Below are positions 51,535 through 64,000 of a stretch of 64,000 bases of DNA, piece after piece. The first letter of the stretch is position 1. Every line of letters starts with the position of its first letter. Location of the stretch: NCBI GenBank assembly GCA_050273025.1, contig CP158635.1, forward strand, positions 18,290,001 to 18,354,000, read 5' to 3'. Under the pieces are notes generated by a model, which was given only the letters and a program-made list of their open reading frames with translations, did not search any database and was not told where the DNA came from. The stretch comes from Cenococcum geophilum (Eukaryota). Made by a program: the position numbers and the translations under genes.

Positions 51535-54500
51535 TCTAACGGCAATTTGCCCCTACGTGGCAATATATAACGGTTTAACTCTATAAGGGCTCCCATAGAG
51601 GATTAGGTATAAAATCTCTACTTAGGCCCAGTTTCTATAGGTTCGTGTGGTAAAAGTCGCTAATTAAATCCTTTGCATTTTTAAAGTCTTTCTATAGTTG
51701 CCATTCTAGCTGGTCTATGTCAAATCCTATATATATAGCTCTATAGTAGAGCCGTCGTCCTCTACCTTTACTAAAGTATTTAGAGTTAATAATTCGTTTA
51801 ACGGTCCACTCCTTATGGTTCTCGTCTTTATTCTTATCTTAGATTAGTACTAGTAGGGGTTTAGGCTATATCTACCCCGGTAAGGGGTTAGGCTAATAAA
51901 GGTATAGTAGCTATAGGTAAAATACAGGCTATATCCTATAGGTGGCTAGGGCAGGCGGGAGCTCTAGCTCGTATACGGCTCCCCTATTAATAACTCGTTT
52001 AATTAGGTAGGGGCCAAGGTTCTTATAATTAAGTGACTTTATAGGCCTCTGCGTAGAGATATTGCGTGCATTTAGCCATACCTAGTCGCCAACACGCATC
52101 TCCGGTGGTAGCGTTCTATAACAGTCAGCGAAGTAGGCCTACTTTACTTAAGCCTAGGCCATTTCTCCCTTACAGTAGTTGAGTAGATTTTTTATGCGGT
52201 CTACATGCTGGTCGGTAAGTAATATCTTAAGGCGTTTTCCATATAGTAGTTTCTTATTAATAGGTTCTAGTGGTTCTATGCCAGATTAGGGGTAATATCC
52301 CTTGTTCGCGAAGAACGGGGTAAGTCCTATAGTAGTTAAGACGTAGTTATTCGCTACGAATTCACCTAGTAGGAGGTAATCCACCCAGTTATCTTAACTA
52401 TAGGCAACTACCTATTGTAGGTACGCTTTTATGCTAGCATTAGCGTTTTCCGGTTGCCTAGTAGTTTTATAATAGAAGAATATAGACATCTTAACGGAGA
52501 TACTAAGGCGTTAGCAGATTTATCTCTATATATTAGAGCCGAACTATATGCCTTAGTCGGACGTAATTAAGTTAGGTAACCCATATAATCAGTAGATTTC
52601 GCGGAGGAAGGCGTTAGTAACGTCGCTAACGGCTACGCCTTTAGTTAGGACGTAGTGGCGCTCTTTTATAAGTCGGTATATTATTATAAGGATATTCTTA
52701 TAGGTATGGCCATGTTGCTTATAGGGTAGTAGGTTAACAACGAAATCTATGGCGATATCTGCCCATCGTCGTATAAGTACTAGTAGAGGGTGCAGTAGTC
52801 CTTAGTACTTTGTATTAAAGGCCTTAGCGCGCTTATAACCGTAGTAGGCGCCTATAAAGTGTTTAACTAAGTCTATTATTTTAGGCTAGAAGTAGTATCG
52901 GCTAAGAAGCTTATAGGTTCCTTTTCTGCCTAGGTAGCCGCTTAATTGGAGGTCGTGGGCCATTTAGATTAGTTGCCGTTATAGATTTTCTAAGTTAGGG
53001 ACGAATAGACGGCCTCTATAATAGAGCCTATTTTCTTTTACTTCTAAGGCTGCTATATTAATCTAGCCTAAGCTTTAGAGTTTAGTCGGCAGCGTATGGG
53101 CGCTAGCGGTCTTTACGGCAATAAGTTAATACAGTAATAGGTTAACAGAGGTGTTATATACCGTAGTGATAAGCTCGTTAATTTTAGGAGGTAATTTTAG
53201 TTCTATGGTATAGAGCTGAGGTACAGTTAGCTCTATTATAGGTAGCATACCTAGGGCCAAATTCCGTGCTTTTAGGATTGTCTATTGTTGGAACTAGTTA
53301 TAGGGGTTATCTTTAGACTAAGGAAGGTCTTATAAGCAGCGTATTAGGCTATTAGGCTTAGTACCTTATACTCCTAGCCTGTATACAATTTTAAAGTTAA
53401 AACTAGAAAGGAACTCGTTCCAGTGTACTTGGCGTTAGTTTAGCTGTTTTATAGTTATAAAGTACTTAAGGTTGCAATAATCCGTAAGAACTTTAGTTGG
53501 CTAGTTAGGTTCTGCTAAGGAGAGTTCCGGTTGGAATTCCTTAAACGCTTATATAATTATAAGAAGTTCCTTATTATAGATCTTATAGTTATATTCTTAT
53601 AGTGTAAGCTTAAATAAATAGAATATGACTAGGTAGAGGAGACCGTCGTCGCCTATTTAGAAGAGGACGCCTGCGTTAATATAGTCTAAGGAGTTAGTCT
53701 TAAGATAGAGTTATTGTCCTGGTATAAAGTAAGCTAGAATAGGTGCTTTAGTAAAAGCATCTTTAAGATCTTAGAACGCCTTCTTATATTTAGGCATCTA
53801 GATAAAACGTAGATATATTTTTCTTCCTTTTATAAAAAGGCCCTTTGTTTGTATTATTACTATAAGTGGTGCTATAACACCTAAAAAGTTATATATGAAT
53901 TTTTAATAGAAGTTAGCAAAACTAAGGAAAGCTTGTACGTCTTTAATACAGTTAGGGGTTTGCTATTTGGTAATTATATGTACCTTTTTAGGGTCCATAC
54001 GGACACCCTTAGTAGTAACGATTAGTTTAAGGTATTTTACTTCTGTAACTAAGAATTTACACTTCTTTAAATTAATATAAAGTCCTATATCCCTAAGGCG
54101 CTGTAGGACCTTTTAAACGTGCTTAGTATACTTAAAAGGGTCATCGCTATAAATAAGTATATCGTCTAGGTACGTAGAGTAAAAGTCGTTAAGGTAGTCC
54201 CGTAAGGCGTTATTAATATAGCTTTAAAAGCTGCCTAGGCCGTTATATACGCTAAAGGGCATAATAGTATATTTGAATTGGCTAAAGCGTAATACGAATG
54301 CGGTTTTCTATTTATCACCTTCTCGTATTTAGAGGCGGTTAAAGGCGGCAATAATATTAAGCTTAGTATAGATTTTGGCTTAGCTAAGCCGCTTAAGAGT
54401 CTCACGTATAAGCGGTATAGGGTATTAGTTTTTAATCGTAATAGCGTTAAATCCTCTATAGTCAACATAGAATTAAATACCTCCTCCTAGCTTCTTAGTA

Positions 54501-55555
54501 AGGAGAATAGGGGCGGCTGCTAGGGATATACTAGGGCGAATAAACCCTTTATTAAGGTGTTTGTTAATATACTTTTTAACAACTAGAAGTTCGTCTTTTA
54601 ATATTAGGTAGGGTCTCTTATAAGATAGCGTTTTTCCTTATTTAATATTAATGGCATAGTTATTAGGTCAATATAGGGGGAGTGTATCTACGCTCTTTTA
54701 TAAGTATATGTTAATAAAGTTATAGTACCTCTTAGGGAGGAGCTTACGGAGTTCCTCGTTGGTAAGTCCTTTTTTAAGCTTTATAAACTTCTTAAAGTCT
54801 AAAGGTAAAAGTCCGTAGAGTTCTGCGGGGGTATCGTTTTCTAAAAGGTTAATTATGTCTATCCTATTACTATAGAGGATATGGTCCTATTCTTTATCAA
54901 GCTTATATAGTTATAATTAGGAGGCTACGGTAACGGTCTAGCCTTTCCTACATGCTATGCGGTAGAAGGCCGCGGCACTTATATAGTAGCAGTTAGTTAT
55001 AGGTAAGGTAATAAGGGGTTCCTTAAGTTAGTATCCTAGGGAGTAAATAGAGGCGGCTAGGCTATGTCCTAGGCAGGTCTCTCTACAGTATTTAAAGTTA
55101 AAGGTTACTTCTCTCTTTTTCTAGTCAATAGCGGGGTTATATTATTTGAGCCAGTTTATTCTAAGGATAATAGGGTAGTTAGTAAGTAGTATAATATAGG
55201 CCCAGAGTTCTTCCTAGTGCCCATTTATATCTAGGTAGAGTTGTGCTATATAGGTAATCTTCTATGCGGTATAACTACCGTTAGCGAGTTATAGGGCGCG
55301 GGCTTTAGTAAGGGGTAAGGTAGGTAGGTTATAAGTACGCACGAATTAGGTATCTATAAATTTATTAGTAGCTCCGCAATTAATTATAAAACGGCTTTTA
55401 TATTATTTTTTAGCAGTAGTTCCTATTATAGGTAAAACTATCTATTTCCGTCCATTTATCTTTATTAAGTTATCTATTAAGCAGGCTAATATATAGATCC
55501 CCTTATCGTCAGGGCATCCTAACCTGCGACTTAGGGCTAGGACTTGGCGTTTTCC
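51535..55555 (-). pseudogene. pol: pol of element C (PR, RT, RH, IN, chromodomain)
   Basis: INCGAT(=DCGA) at ~55370; YLDD at 54161-54172; WADIAIDFVV; GPYLI; chromodomain EWTVKRIINS at ~51600-51810. Ends approximate. Confidence 0.9.
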
Positions 55556-57090
55556 ATTTCCATATCTAACTCTACCGCTATTACTACATCTTCGTCTTAT
55601 ACGGTAGTGGCATATAGCAATATATTTGGTGTTTAAGGTACTAGGTTAGGTATTAGGCGGCAGCTGCTAAACCTAGCTATTAGGCAGTTTAGGCTATAGC
55701 TATAATAGCCTTCTTAACAACATCTATAGCAACGCTTTAGCTTCCAGAGTAGCTCGCGTTCTCCGTCTAGTAGCTTCTACGGGAAGGTTAGTATAAAAAG
55801 GTCAATATTAGGACCAGTAGTGTTACTTAGGGTAGTAGGCGTTAGTGGTTTAGTAGGTCCGGAGGGCTTCTATAGGGAGGTCTTCAGGCGGGGGTTTACA
55901 GTAGCAATCTAATTTAGTTATCGTTTAATCTTCTATATAGCTGCTACCATATTATAAATATTATTATAGTTATAGCTGGCAGCTGCGTAACTAAGGCGAT
56001 AAGTGACTTTTTTAAGGAGATCTTCCTAGTTTTTAGTATTATCTCGGGCAAGGGCTCCGGTATATTCCTAGAATTTAATATAGAACTTATTAAATAATTC
56101 GGTAGGGCTTATCTTTAGGGCACATAGTTTAGCTCAGTTGGTAGCTAGTAGGTTATAGTCGCGGTATATTAGGTTAAGATCATTAAGGACTTCTTAGTGG
56201 GACTACCACTTCTAGGGGCTATTGGTCTCCCATTAGGCGAAGAGTCTATTAAATAGTGTACCCTTTATTCGCCCAATAATGTAGCCAATCTTAATATCTT
56301 CCGTAGGAAAAAGGCAGGCGCTCTAAGTTAGTTTCTCGCGGATTTACATCTTCCAGTGGCTATATTCTTTGCGGTCTCCCTAGAAAACTAGGGGATTAGG
56401 GTAACGTACATTAGACCCTATAGTAGCAGCTTAGGTTTAGTTATTATAGCTTTTATTATCGCTTTAGTAGGGGTTTCTATTAGGTAAGGCTACTCGGCGC
56501 TAACTCTCTATTAAGCGTTAAGTAGGTGAAGTTGCCGGGGACATAGAGACTTAAGTGGCGTTATATACAGTAGAGAGGTATCTAGCATTATTACAAATAT
56601 GCTCATTAAGCTAAGATTATAGGTATTTAATTATGCCTTCTCTTTTAGTAACTATAGCAATAAGTGCAATCTTAGCCTTCTTTAACTATTAGACGTCGCG
56701 TTTAAACATACGGAGGTTGTCTTCAGTTTCTTAACGCGTGTTATCGGCGAGCGCCTCACGAGCTTGTAGGTCTTAGATGATATCGTGATCTTAGGTAGTA
56801 TGCATCTTGGCTTATATAAGCTTTAGGTGGTAGTTCTATAAAAGGCGGTAGTATTTATCAGGTTCTTATGCTACCATTTTTACAAACGTCTCGGCGTCTT
56901 ATATTTTAATTTCAATAGATAGTAGCCCTTCCACTTGCTTATCCGTAGTTATATAGTTAATAAAAGATAAGACATTATTAGTGTTTATCTCCTTAGGGGT
57001 TAAAGCTAGGGCTAATAAATCAAATTCTCCTGGAATTAATTGGCGTTGTAGGTTAAGTATAGGTATTGGATTATTCTTTAGGTTTAATAT
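55537..57090 (-). pseudogene. gag: gag of element C
   Basis: PNPLVF*GDRKEYSHWK, zinc knuckle CYRC at ~55730, and a G GAA AAC -1 frameshift-like heptamer at 55549-55555. Start approximate. Confidence 0.78.
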
Positions 57091-59130
57091 AGTAGCTAGT
57101 AAGAAATATTGTCTTACTATCGTGGGTTCCTTAGAAGTATAAAGTAAGGTAACTCATAGGCACGCTACTTTTAGCAGCGCCTATAGTATTACAGAAACGT
57201 AGAATTAGTTATAGGCTAGGTGTTAGTAGTAAAAAGGCGCAACGTAATATCATGGGACGGGGCAGTGGCTACAAGACGTATATATTCGAGGAGTCTACAA
57301 GACGTTGCGCGATCAATCGTAAGGGTCGAGGGCGTAAGGAGGTGATATACCTACGCGTAGCTGACATAAGCTGTACGCGAGGTATACGCGAGAGCACGGG
57401 GCTCTCCTATAGAGGCCCCTGCGGTGGGGTTCCGTGATATTTAGTAGCCTTTTAAAAGATTAATGCGAACTATCTATAGTACTCGCGTATGCTATTTAGC
57501 GGATTGTCCCTATACTACTATATATAGGCTTCTAAGAATTCTACCGTTTCTATTTATTAAAATTAGTCACTTTCTTAGTATTCTGCCCTAAGCTTTCTTA
57601 TAAGCTCCGTCTAGTTACTAGCTATAAATTTAGGCAAGCTTCGGATCTACATCCCTATTTAGTAATTATAGTACTTTAAAAGGCCCTAGTACTTTTCCTT
57701 ACTTATTATATAGTGTTGGACGTATAGCCGTTCGTACTGCTTAATAAACTATAATATGTTCTACCCTATAAAGTACGGAGTTCTAACGGTTCCTAGGGCT
57801 AGTATAGGCTGGACTATAATGTAGACCTTATCTTAAGCCGTTAACCGCTATCTACGTATATCTAGAGCTTCCTTAGGAGCTTGTAGGTGGTCCTTACGGC
57901 TCTTATCCTTTATCTACTAAGGGCTATTGGTCCTAGGTGTTATGGGTAAGCGCTGCGGTAGGTTTACTTATATGGCCGTAGTCTTAATAGAGGGTATCCT
58001 AGATAGCTGTCCTAGTGTTAGTTTATACTTAGCAAAAGAAGTATAGGCTTTAGTTCCTTCTGGCTGCTTCTTAACGCCTAGAGGTCGGTCTTTGTAAAAG
58101 AGTATAAAATCGCCATCTTTTACTACTGCTGGGTCTCGATACGTCCGTCTATTTTGGCCTGCCGTTACTCCGCGCGGTAGGGTGCTGCTAAGCCTTACAC
58201 TTCCGCCTGCATTTACTTCTTTATAGAACGCCTCTAGAGCTACCGCAGATATAATCTGGATAACTTAAAAGAAGATAAAGCTAAGCTAGAATAGGAAGCT
58301 TTTAAGAGCAGATCTAATCTTATATGCTTATGACCTTACTCGATATTATCTCTATTCTTAAAGGGCAGTACTAACTTCCTCTACCGCTAGATATCTTAGA
58401 TCTTGTTTCCATTTAATTAACTAGCTCTTAATTACCTATTGTCTCTACATCTTTAATAAAGCTCTAGCCATGCTCGTGCGCGCGCAAGTAGTAAGATATT
58501 GGGTAACTCTAACTACCAGTCAACGTCGTCTAATTGGCTCGTTGGTTTGCTTAACGTCCTTATATATAACTTTCCAAGACCTTTACCACTCCTTTTTGCC
58601 ACTGTTTGGCCTATGCGTTAAGTCTAATGTCCGTCTTTTCCGCTGTCTTTCTGTTTAGGGACTACCTGGTTCCCCTTACTATCCAATACTACCTAGTTCT
58701 CTACTTTCGTCTTATCTGTCTAGCTGGCAGTTCTTCTATAGCTAGTCATTCTTCTACAGCTAGCGGTTCTTCTATAGTCGTAGTATGTTCCTATGCGTAT
58801 ATAGTTATATATAGAATGCCAGACTTCTAATCTAAAGAGCTTGCCGTTATCCCTACGTGGAATGCCATAAAATATGTAGGAGGGTACGACCACTCTCAGA
58901 TGGGAAAGTCATAGTGCCGTCTATCTGTCGGTCGGTCGGTCAGTCGGTCAGTCGGTCGGTCAGTCGGTCGTCAGTCATAATCAATTAGTAGGAAAGCAGT
59001 TAGTAAGAAGAAAGGAAAGAATGTATTCCCGGTAGGTTGTGATAGAGAGAAGGAGAGAAGCCAAAGGCTTGATATATACAGGAAAATGCTAAGGCACTAA
59101 GTAGTGGCCTATTTTACCCCACTACAGTAG

Positions 59131-59975
59131 TATTTTAGGAAGTATTTTTAGCGGAATAAGGAGTTTAAGTAGTAACTTCTACCGTATATTACCCGCAGAC
59201 AGACAGTTAAATAGAAAGATTAAATTAGATACTAGAGCAGTATCTAAAGTATTATATTAATTACGTATAGAATAATTAGGTATCGTTATTACTAGTTATA
59301 TAGTTTGTATATAATGCAACACTATAAAAAGGAATGGGTATATTACTATTTAAGGCGAATTACGGATATAAGCTAAAGACATTACTATTGCTATATTAAG
59401 CGAAGAAGATAAGTAGTAGAGCTAATTAAAGAATAGAGACTTTAATAAATCTTTATATAAACCTTATAAAAATAGCTAAGGTAATATAGCAAAGAATAAA
59501 AAAATACTATAACGCTAAGAGATCTAAGGGACTAGATCTTAAGGAGGGAGATAAAGTATAGCTACTATATAAAAATTTTAAGAGTTAATAACTAAGTAAG
59601 AAGTTAGACTATATTAGACTAGGACCTTTTAAAATTACATAGAGAATTTTACTAGTTATATTTAAGTTAAACCTACTAGCTAAGATAAAAATCTACCCTA
59701 TATAGTATATTGTAATACTAGAGCTAGCATACGGGAATATTAAACTATTAGCCTATAAAGCAGATACGTATAGAGGATAAGAAGAGGATAAATAGTAAGT
59801 TTTAAAGATTATTAATTATAAGGATATCGATAATAAAATATAGTATAAGGTTAAGTGGATAGGCTATAATAAGACTACCTAGGAGCTACTAGAAAATCTA
59901 AAGAATGCTATAAGAAAGGTATAGGAGTATTAGAAGAAAATAGGTTAGGCAATATTAATAAGGAAGGATTGCTAA
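59131..59975 (+). pseudogene. pol: pol part 3 of element A (integrase C-terminus, GPF motif, chromodomain)
   Basis: STVYYPQTDS*IERLN, KKLDYIRLGPFKI, YKVKWIGY..TT*ELLENLKNA. Confidence 0.9.
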
Positions 59976-60580
59976 AGAATAAGTTACCTAAGGGGGACCT
60001 AGGAAGAGCGACTACTAAACTACTTAGAGTTGTTCCCTTTATTATAGGAAGAGAGTTAGTTCTCTTATTACTAAGTTCCTATAGACCTTGTTCTATAAGT
60101 TTCTACTCCTTAAAATAGACCTTCTTATGTACTTTCTTAAGACGAATTAACTAAGTAGACGTAGCAAGACGAGACTCGAGGGCCCGTTGTTAAGTATTGG
60201 TGGCCTCTTTCTTAGCGTCCTAAGAACAATGAAGTTCTGCTAGCGTAACTAAGAGCTTATTATTAAGCTTTGTAGTAGCAAATTAAACGCAAGACCCTAT
60301 AATAGATTACTTAGGGAACTTAAAGACTATTAAGAGTTATAGGGCGTGTATATTTAGCGTTAGAAATAGAGCGAATATTATAAGATAATTGAATATTTGC
60401 TTTAGTGCACTCTAAATAAGAGAATAGTTGCCGAGATAAAGGACTCGCCAGCGTAATATAAACTAACCCCTTTTTCGCATAACGAGAACATGGAGACGGC
60501 ATTATTTCACCTAGTAATAGTATAGAGGCAATTGTACGCGCACGACAAAGGGTTAAAGAAGAAGAAATTGCTTTAGGTAT
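59908..60580 (-). pseudogene. Antisense two-exon gene in the 3' region of element A: six-Cys zinc-cluster-like domain plus coiled coil
   Basis: Exon 1 contains the track ORF MPSPCSRYAKKGLVY...SYLECTKANIQLSY. Putative 55-nt intron at 60297-60351. Exon 2 reads ..LIRLKKVHKKVYFKE*KLIEQGL*EL. The 3' end is uncertain. Confidence 0.65.
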
Positions 60581-62034
60581 TATAAGTAACGATATTAACC
60601 AAATTAATTAGACGGATATTATACCTCTAGTAAATAACTTAGAGATACTAGGAATCTTTAAGGACGAAGATAAAGAGAAGGGAGATGGTGTTATAGATGC
60701 TTTAAGTACAATATTATAACTACTAGGAGAGGAGTTAAAAGAAGCTAGTTAGTTAATAAGAGCACGGTCTAGAATGGATTTGGTAGAGCTATATAATAAG
60801 GAATAGTAACTAAGGTTATATAATATGATCTATATAATCTATAGGATCTATATAATCCGTGATAGAGTAGATAGAGCGTACATATATTACGTATAAGAAG
60901 GATTTTATAGGAGTACGGTTGTGTATTTAAGGACCCTTAGTCCCTACCTAGATAGTTCCTTCCTTATAGTGATTTTTAGAATATAATTGGAGTTAATCTA
61001 TTAGGCAACCACTCCACCAGTTATTATTCGTTGTTAACTTTAATTTATATCACCTATATACCTAGCCCATTAATAGAACCTATTATAGTACTTGCTATAA
61101 GGTTCTGTTATATTACTACTAATAATAATTTATTAAATAACGCTATTTTTTAAAAACTTTTTAGCTAATAAACGCTTGCGGATTCTTTTAAGAAATAGTA
61201 ATTAAAGTCTATAGGTGCGTTAGGGATTAAAAGTTTAGTTAAAAGTTAAGCCGCTTCTATAAAGAGAGTTAGCTATATTATATTATTTATAAGAAGTATA
61301 GGATATTACAATATTACTAAAGCGGCTTTAGCTATTAGATATAAAATTAAGCTTTATATTATATAAAGGCCTAAAGGGGTAGGGCTATTAGTTCTTTTAG
61401 CCTTTACCTATAACGCTTCCTAGAGATTAAATTTACCTAATATTAACAATTTTCTTATAGCTTTACGGCACCGGTCTTATTTTATAATATTTAAAATTGT
61501 ATAAAGATATTTAGTTTAGATAGGATAGTATTAAGAGCTTTATTTTAGTTAGATACTTTCTTTTAGACTAATATATTTTAGCACTACTAACCGCCCTAGC
61601 TAAGCCTAAAAAAGCGAATATCCTCCCCTTATAAACGCCCCTATATAGAAGTTACTAAATATAAAGATCCTATATTAGCGTATAATTACTAACACGTAGA
61701 TCTAATAATATTATACCCTCTTTAGCTACTAATAACGGCCTTAATGAATAGCATGTAGATATATAAGAGTAGAGTTATACTTCTAAATAGTAGTATCTCT
61801 AATTTATTATAGGCTATAGAATATCTTCTCTATAATTTATTAAACAATATCCTTAAGCCTTTAAGCCGGCGGGCGAATCCCTTATACTATACCTTAGTTA
61901 AAAACGCTTATTATAAGATTTCCTTACCCCTTTTAATACCTACGGCAACCTTATGTAAAGATACCTAAATATAAATAGTATAGCGTGTTTAAATGGAAAC
62001 CCTAGCGGCTCTAGTTCTATAGACGTTAGTAGTA

Positions 62035-62300
62035 ATAGTAAATAAATAAGCTATAATAAGGCGTAATAGGTATCTAGAGACTAAATTAACGGTAATACAC
62101 TACTAGTAATTAGAAACAGTAAATAGATAAGCTATAATAAGGCGTAATAGATATATGGAGACTAAATTGACGGTAATATACTACTAAGAATTAGTAACAG
62201 CGAATAGATAAGCTATAATAAGGTGTAATAAGTATATAGAGACTAAATCAGTAATAATACGCTACTAGTAATTAGCGACAGCGAATAAATAAGCTATAGC
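62035..62300. repeat. 81-bp tandem repeat (3+ units)
   Basis: Units start at 62041, 62122, 62203 and 62284 (aatarataagctata...). Confidence 0.85.
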
Positions 62301-63505
62301 TCTGCATAATAGGTATATAATAAGTCCTTTAATAGTGCGGTTGCTATAAATTCTACTTATATATATTAATAAATTTCTTCTAAAACTCTTATATCGTTAT
62401 ATACCCTAGTTTTAGGTTTTTAACGCGGTATAATAATAGTTTAATAGTATCCCTTATTAAGCAGAACTAGTAGTTTAAGCTTAGCTAATAATCGGCACCG
62501 TAATTATTACACTAATACTATTTCTACTCCCGTTCTATTCTACCCATTATAAACTAGCCTAGTAATAGCTCTACCTACTCTCTAAATACGGGATAGTATA
62601 ACTAAGTAGGACTTAGGAGTCCTAATAAGGGCCAAAAGCTAACGTATATACTACTAAATTATTTAGATATTATATTAAAATGCGTCGTCCCGTAAAATAG
62701 ACTATTGGGCCTATATATAAAGAGTTTATATTAACTGCTTTAACTCCTAACTTTAGTAGTATATCTAATATCTTTAACTTAAATTCCTTATTTGCGTTAG
62801 CCGCTAGAGTTACTATACTAAAGTAAACTATGTTAAATATACTATTTTCGTAAGCTTATACGCTTTATTACTTTCTATAGTATCTGTTAAGGTAATAATA
62901 GGTATAGTTTTGGTTAGCGTAGTCTTCTAAATCTTCTATATTGTCTCCTTTAGGCTAAATTATACGAGGTTTATATACGACTTATTAATTACAAATACTA
63001 TATATATCCTATTCCGGTAATCCTTTATTAGAGTTTTATACTTACTTATTTTTTATATTACTATATCTAATTTTACAAGCTTACTATAAGTAAAATTGTC
63101 TAAGTAGTAGGGCAGTTTAGAGGGGTAGGCTTATTAGCCTATTTATATTTTACGCACTAGGTATACTAATTCACCAACACGCACGGATATTAAAATGCTT
63201 GGCATTTTAAATAAGCCTTAAACATTTAACACCCTAATGCTTAGGCTTTACCATTTTTATTAGCGAGGATTTAGTAGTAATGTTTTTAATGCCTTAAATA
63301 TACCGCTAAAGGTAAGCAACTATATAACCTATGTTTCTCTACCTATAATAGGCTACTAACCCTTATTTTTTATAGGCATACTTATAACGTCCCTTCTTAT
63401 CCTTTATAATATTTAGCGGCCTAATATAAACCCTATATATGCTCTAATAGAAACTACTACGCTATATAACCCCCCGTAACGGGACTAGCCTAATTATAGT
63501 AGAAA

Positions 63506-64000
63506 TGTAACGGAACCTTATAGTAAGTACTATAATAGGCTCGTTAATGGGCTAGGTGTGTAGGTAATGCAAATTAAAGTTAATAACGTAATAATAACTG
63601 GTAAAGTGGTTGCCTAATAGATTAACTCTAATTATATTCTAAGAATTATTATAAGGAAGGAATTATCTAGGTAGGGACTAAGGGTCCTTAAATACACAAC
63701 CGTACTCCTATAAAATCCTCCTTATATATAATATACGTACGCTTTATCTACTCTGTTACGGATTATATAGATCCTATAGATTATATAAATTACATTATAT
63801 AACCTTAGTTATTATTCCTTATTATATAGTTCTACTAGATCTATTCTAGACTATACTCTTATTAACTAACTAGCTTCTTCTAACTCTTCTCTAAGTAGTT
63901 ATAACATTATACTTAAAGCGTCTATAACACTATCTCCCTCCTCTTTATCTTTATTCTTAAAGATTCCTAGTATCTCTAAGTCGTTTACTAGAGGTATAAT
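63506..64000 (-). mobile_element. 3' LTR (63506-63929) and PPT of another A-family chromovirus running off the window
   Basis: 424-bp reverse complement of the A LTR, followed by the reverse complement of the sequence just upstream of 60689. Confidence 0.93.

Larger units (their letters stand above)
51095..57439 (-). mobile_element. Element C: full-length Ty3/gypsy chromovirus (6345 bp)
   Basis: 192-bp LTRs at 51095-51286 and 57248-57439. 4-bp TSD TTTA. PPT AGGAGGGGGGGTAG on the minus strand. Confidence 0.94.
46491..59126 (-). mobile_element. Element B2: second gag-only LTR element of the B family
   Basis: 252-bp LTRs at 46491-46742 and 58875-59126. 4-bp TSD GTAG. Leader and 3' region are collinear with B1. 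Gag lies at ~50000-51094 plus 57444-58000. Confidence 0.88.
30064..61112 (+). mobile_element. Element A: Ty3/gypsy chromovirus, split by nested insertions
   Basis: 424-bp LTRs at 30064-30487 and 60689-61112. TSD TTACT at 30059-30063 and 61113-61117. PPT GAGAAGGGAGATGG. Domain order PR-RT-RH-IN-chromodomain. Confidence 0.95.

Noticed and set aside
62035..62300. Ankyrin-like reading (RNGHLE after de-RIP) of the 81-bp repeat
   Set aside because: The 27-codon period does not fit the 33-aa ankyrin repeat, and the frame and strand cannot be fixed.
63470..63500. Helitron-like 3' end (CCCGTAACGGG hairpin then CTAG)
   Set aside because: The stem is only 4 bp, the spacing is atypical, and no Rep/helicase motif or 5' TC end was identified.

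Overview
This is a fungal (filamentous ascomycete-type) heterochromatic transposon nest with no intact host gene. TpA is visibly abundant and CpA/TpG scarce, and the ORFs are riddled with TAA/TAG stops arising from C>T/G>A transitions, the signature of repeat-induced point mutation (RIP). Target-site duplications (TSDs) resolve two nested towers. Tower 1 is a deleted GalEa-like Copia element (3234-21962). It holds a TA-targeting MITE, a solo LTR, a full Copia element and an 8.3-kb TIR element with hairpin ends, which itself holds Tad1-type LINE pieces and two more solo LTRs. Tower 2 is a Ty3/gypsy chromovirus (30064-61112) whose integrase is split by two gag-only LTR elements; one of these hosts a Copia element and the other a second chromovirus. 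A non-autonomous hAT element, minisatellites and unassigned degenerate sequence fill the rest. The most interesting observations are an antisense, apparently intron-containing six-cysteine/coiled-coil gene in the chromovirus 3' region, the gag-only elements with a fossil second PPT and swapped capsid domains, and the hairpin-ended TIR element. Translations were done by eye; 'de-RIP' readings are inferences.
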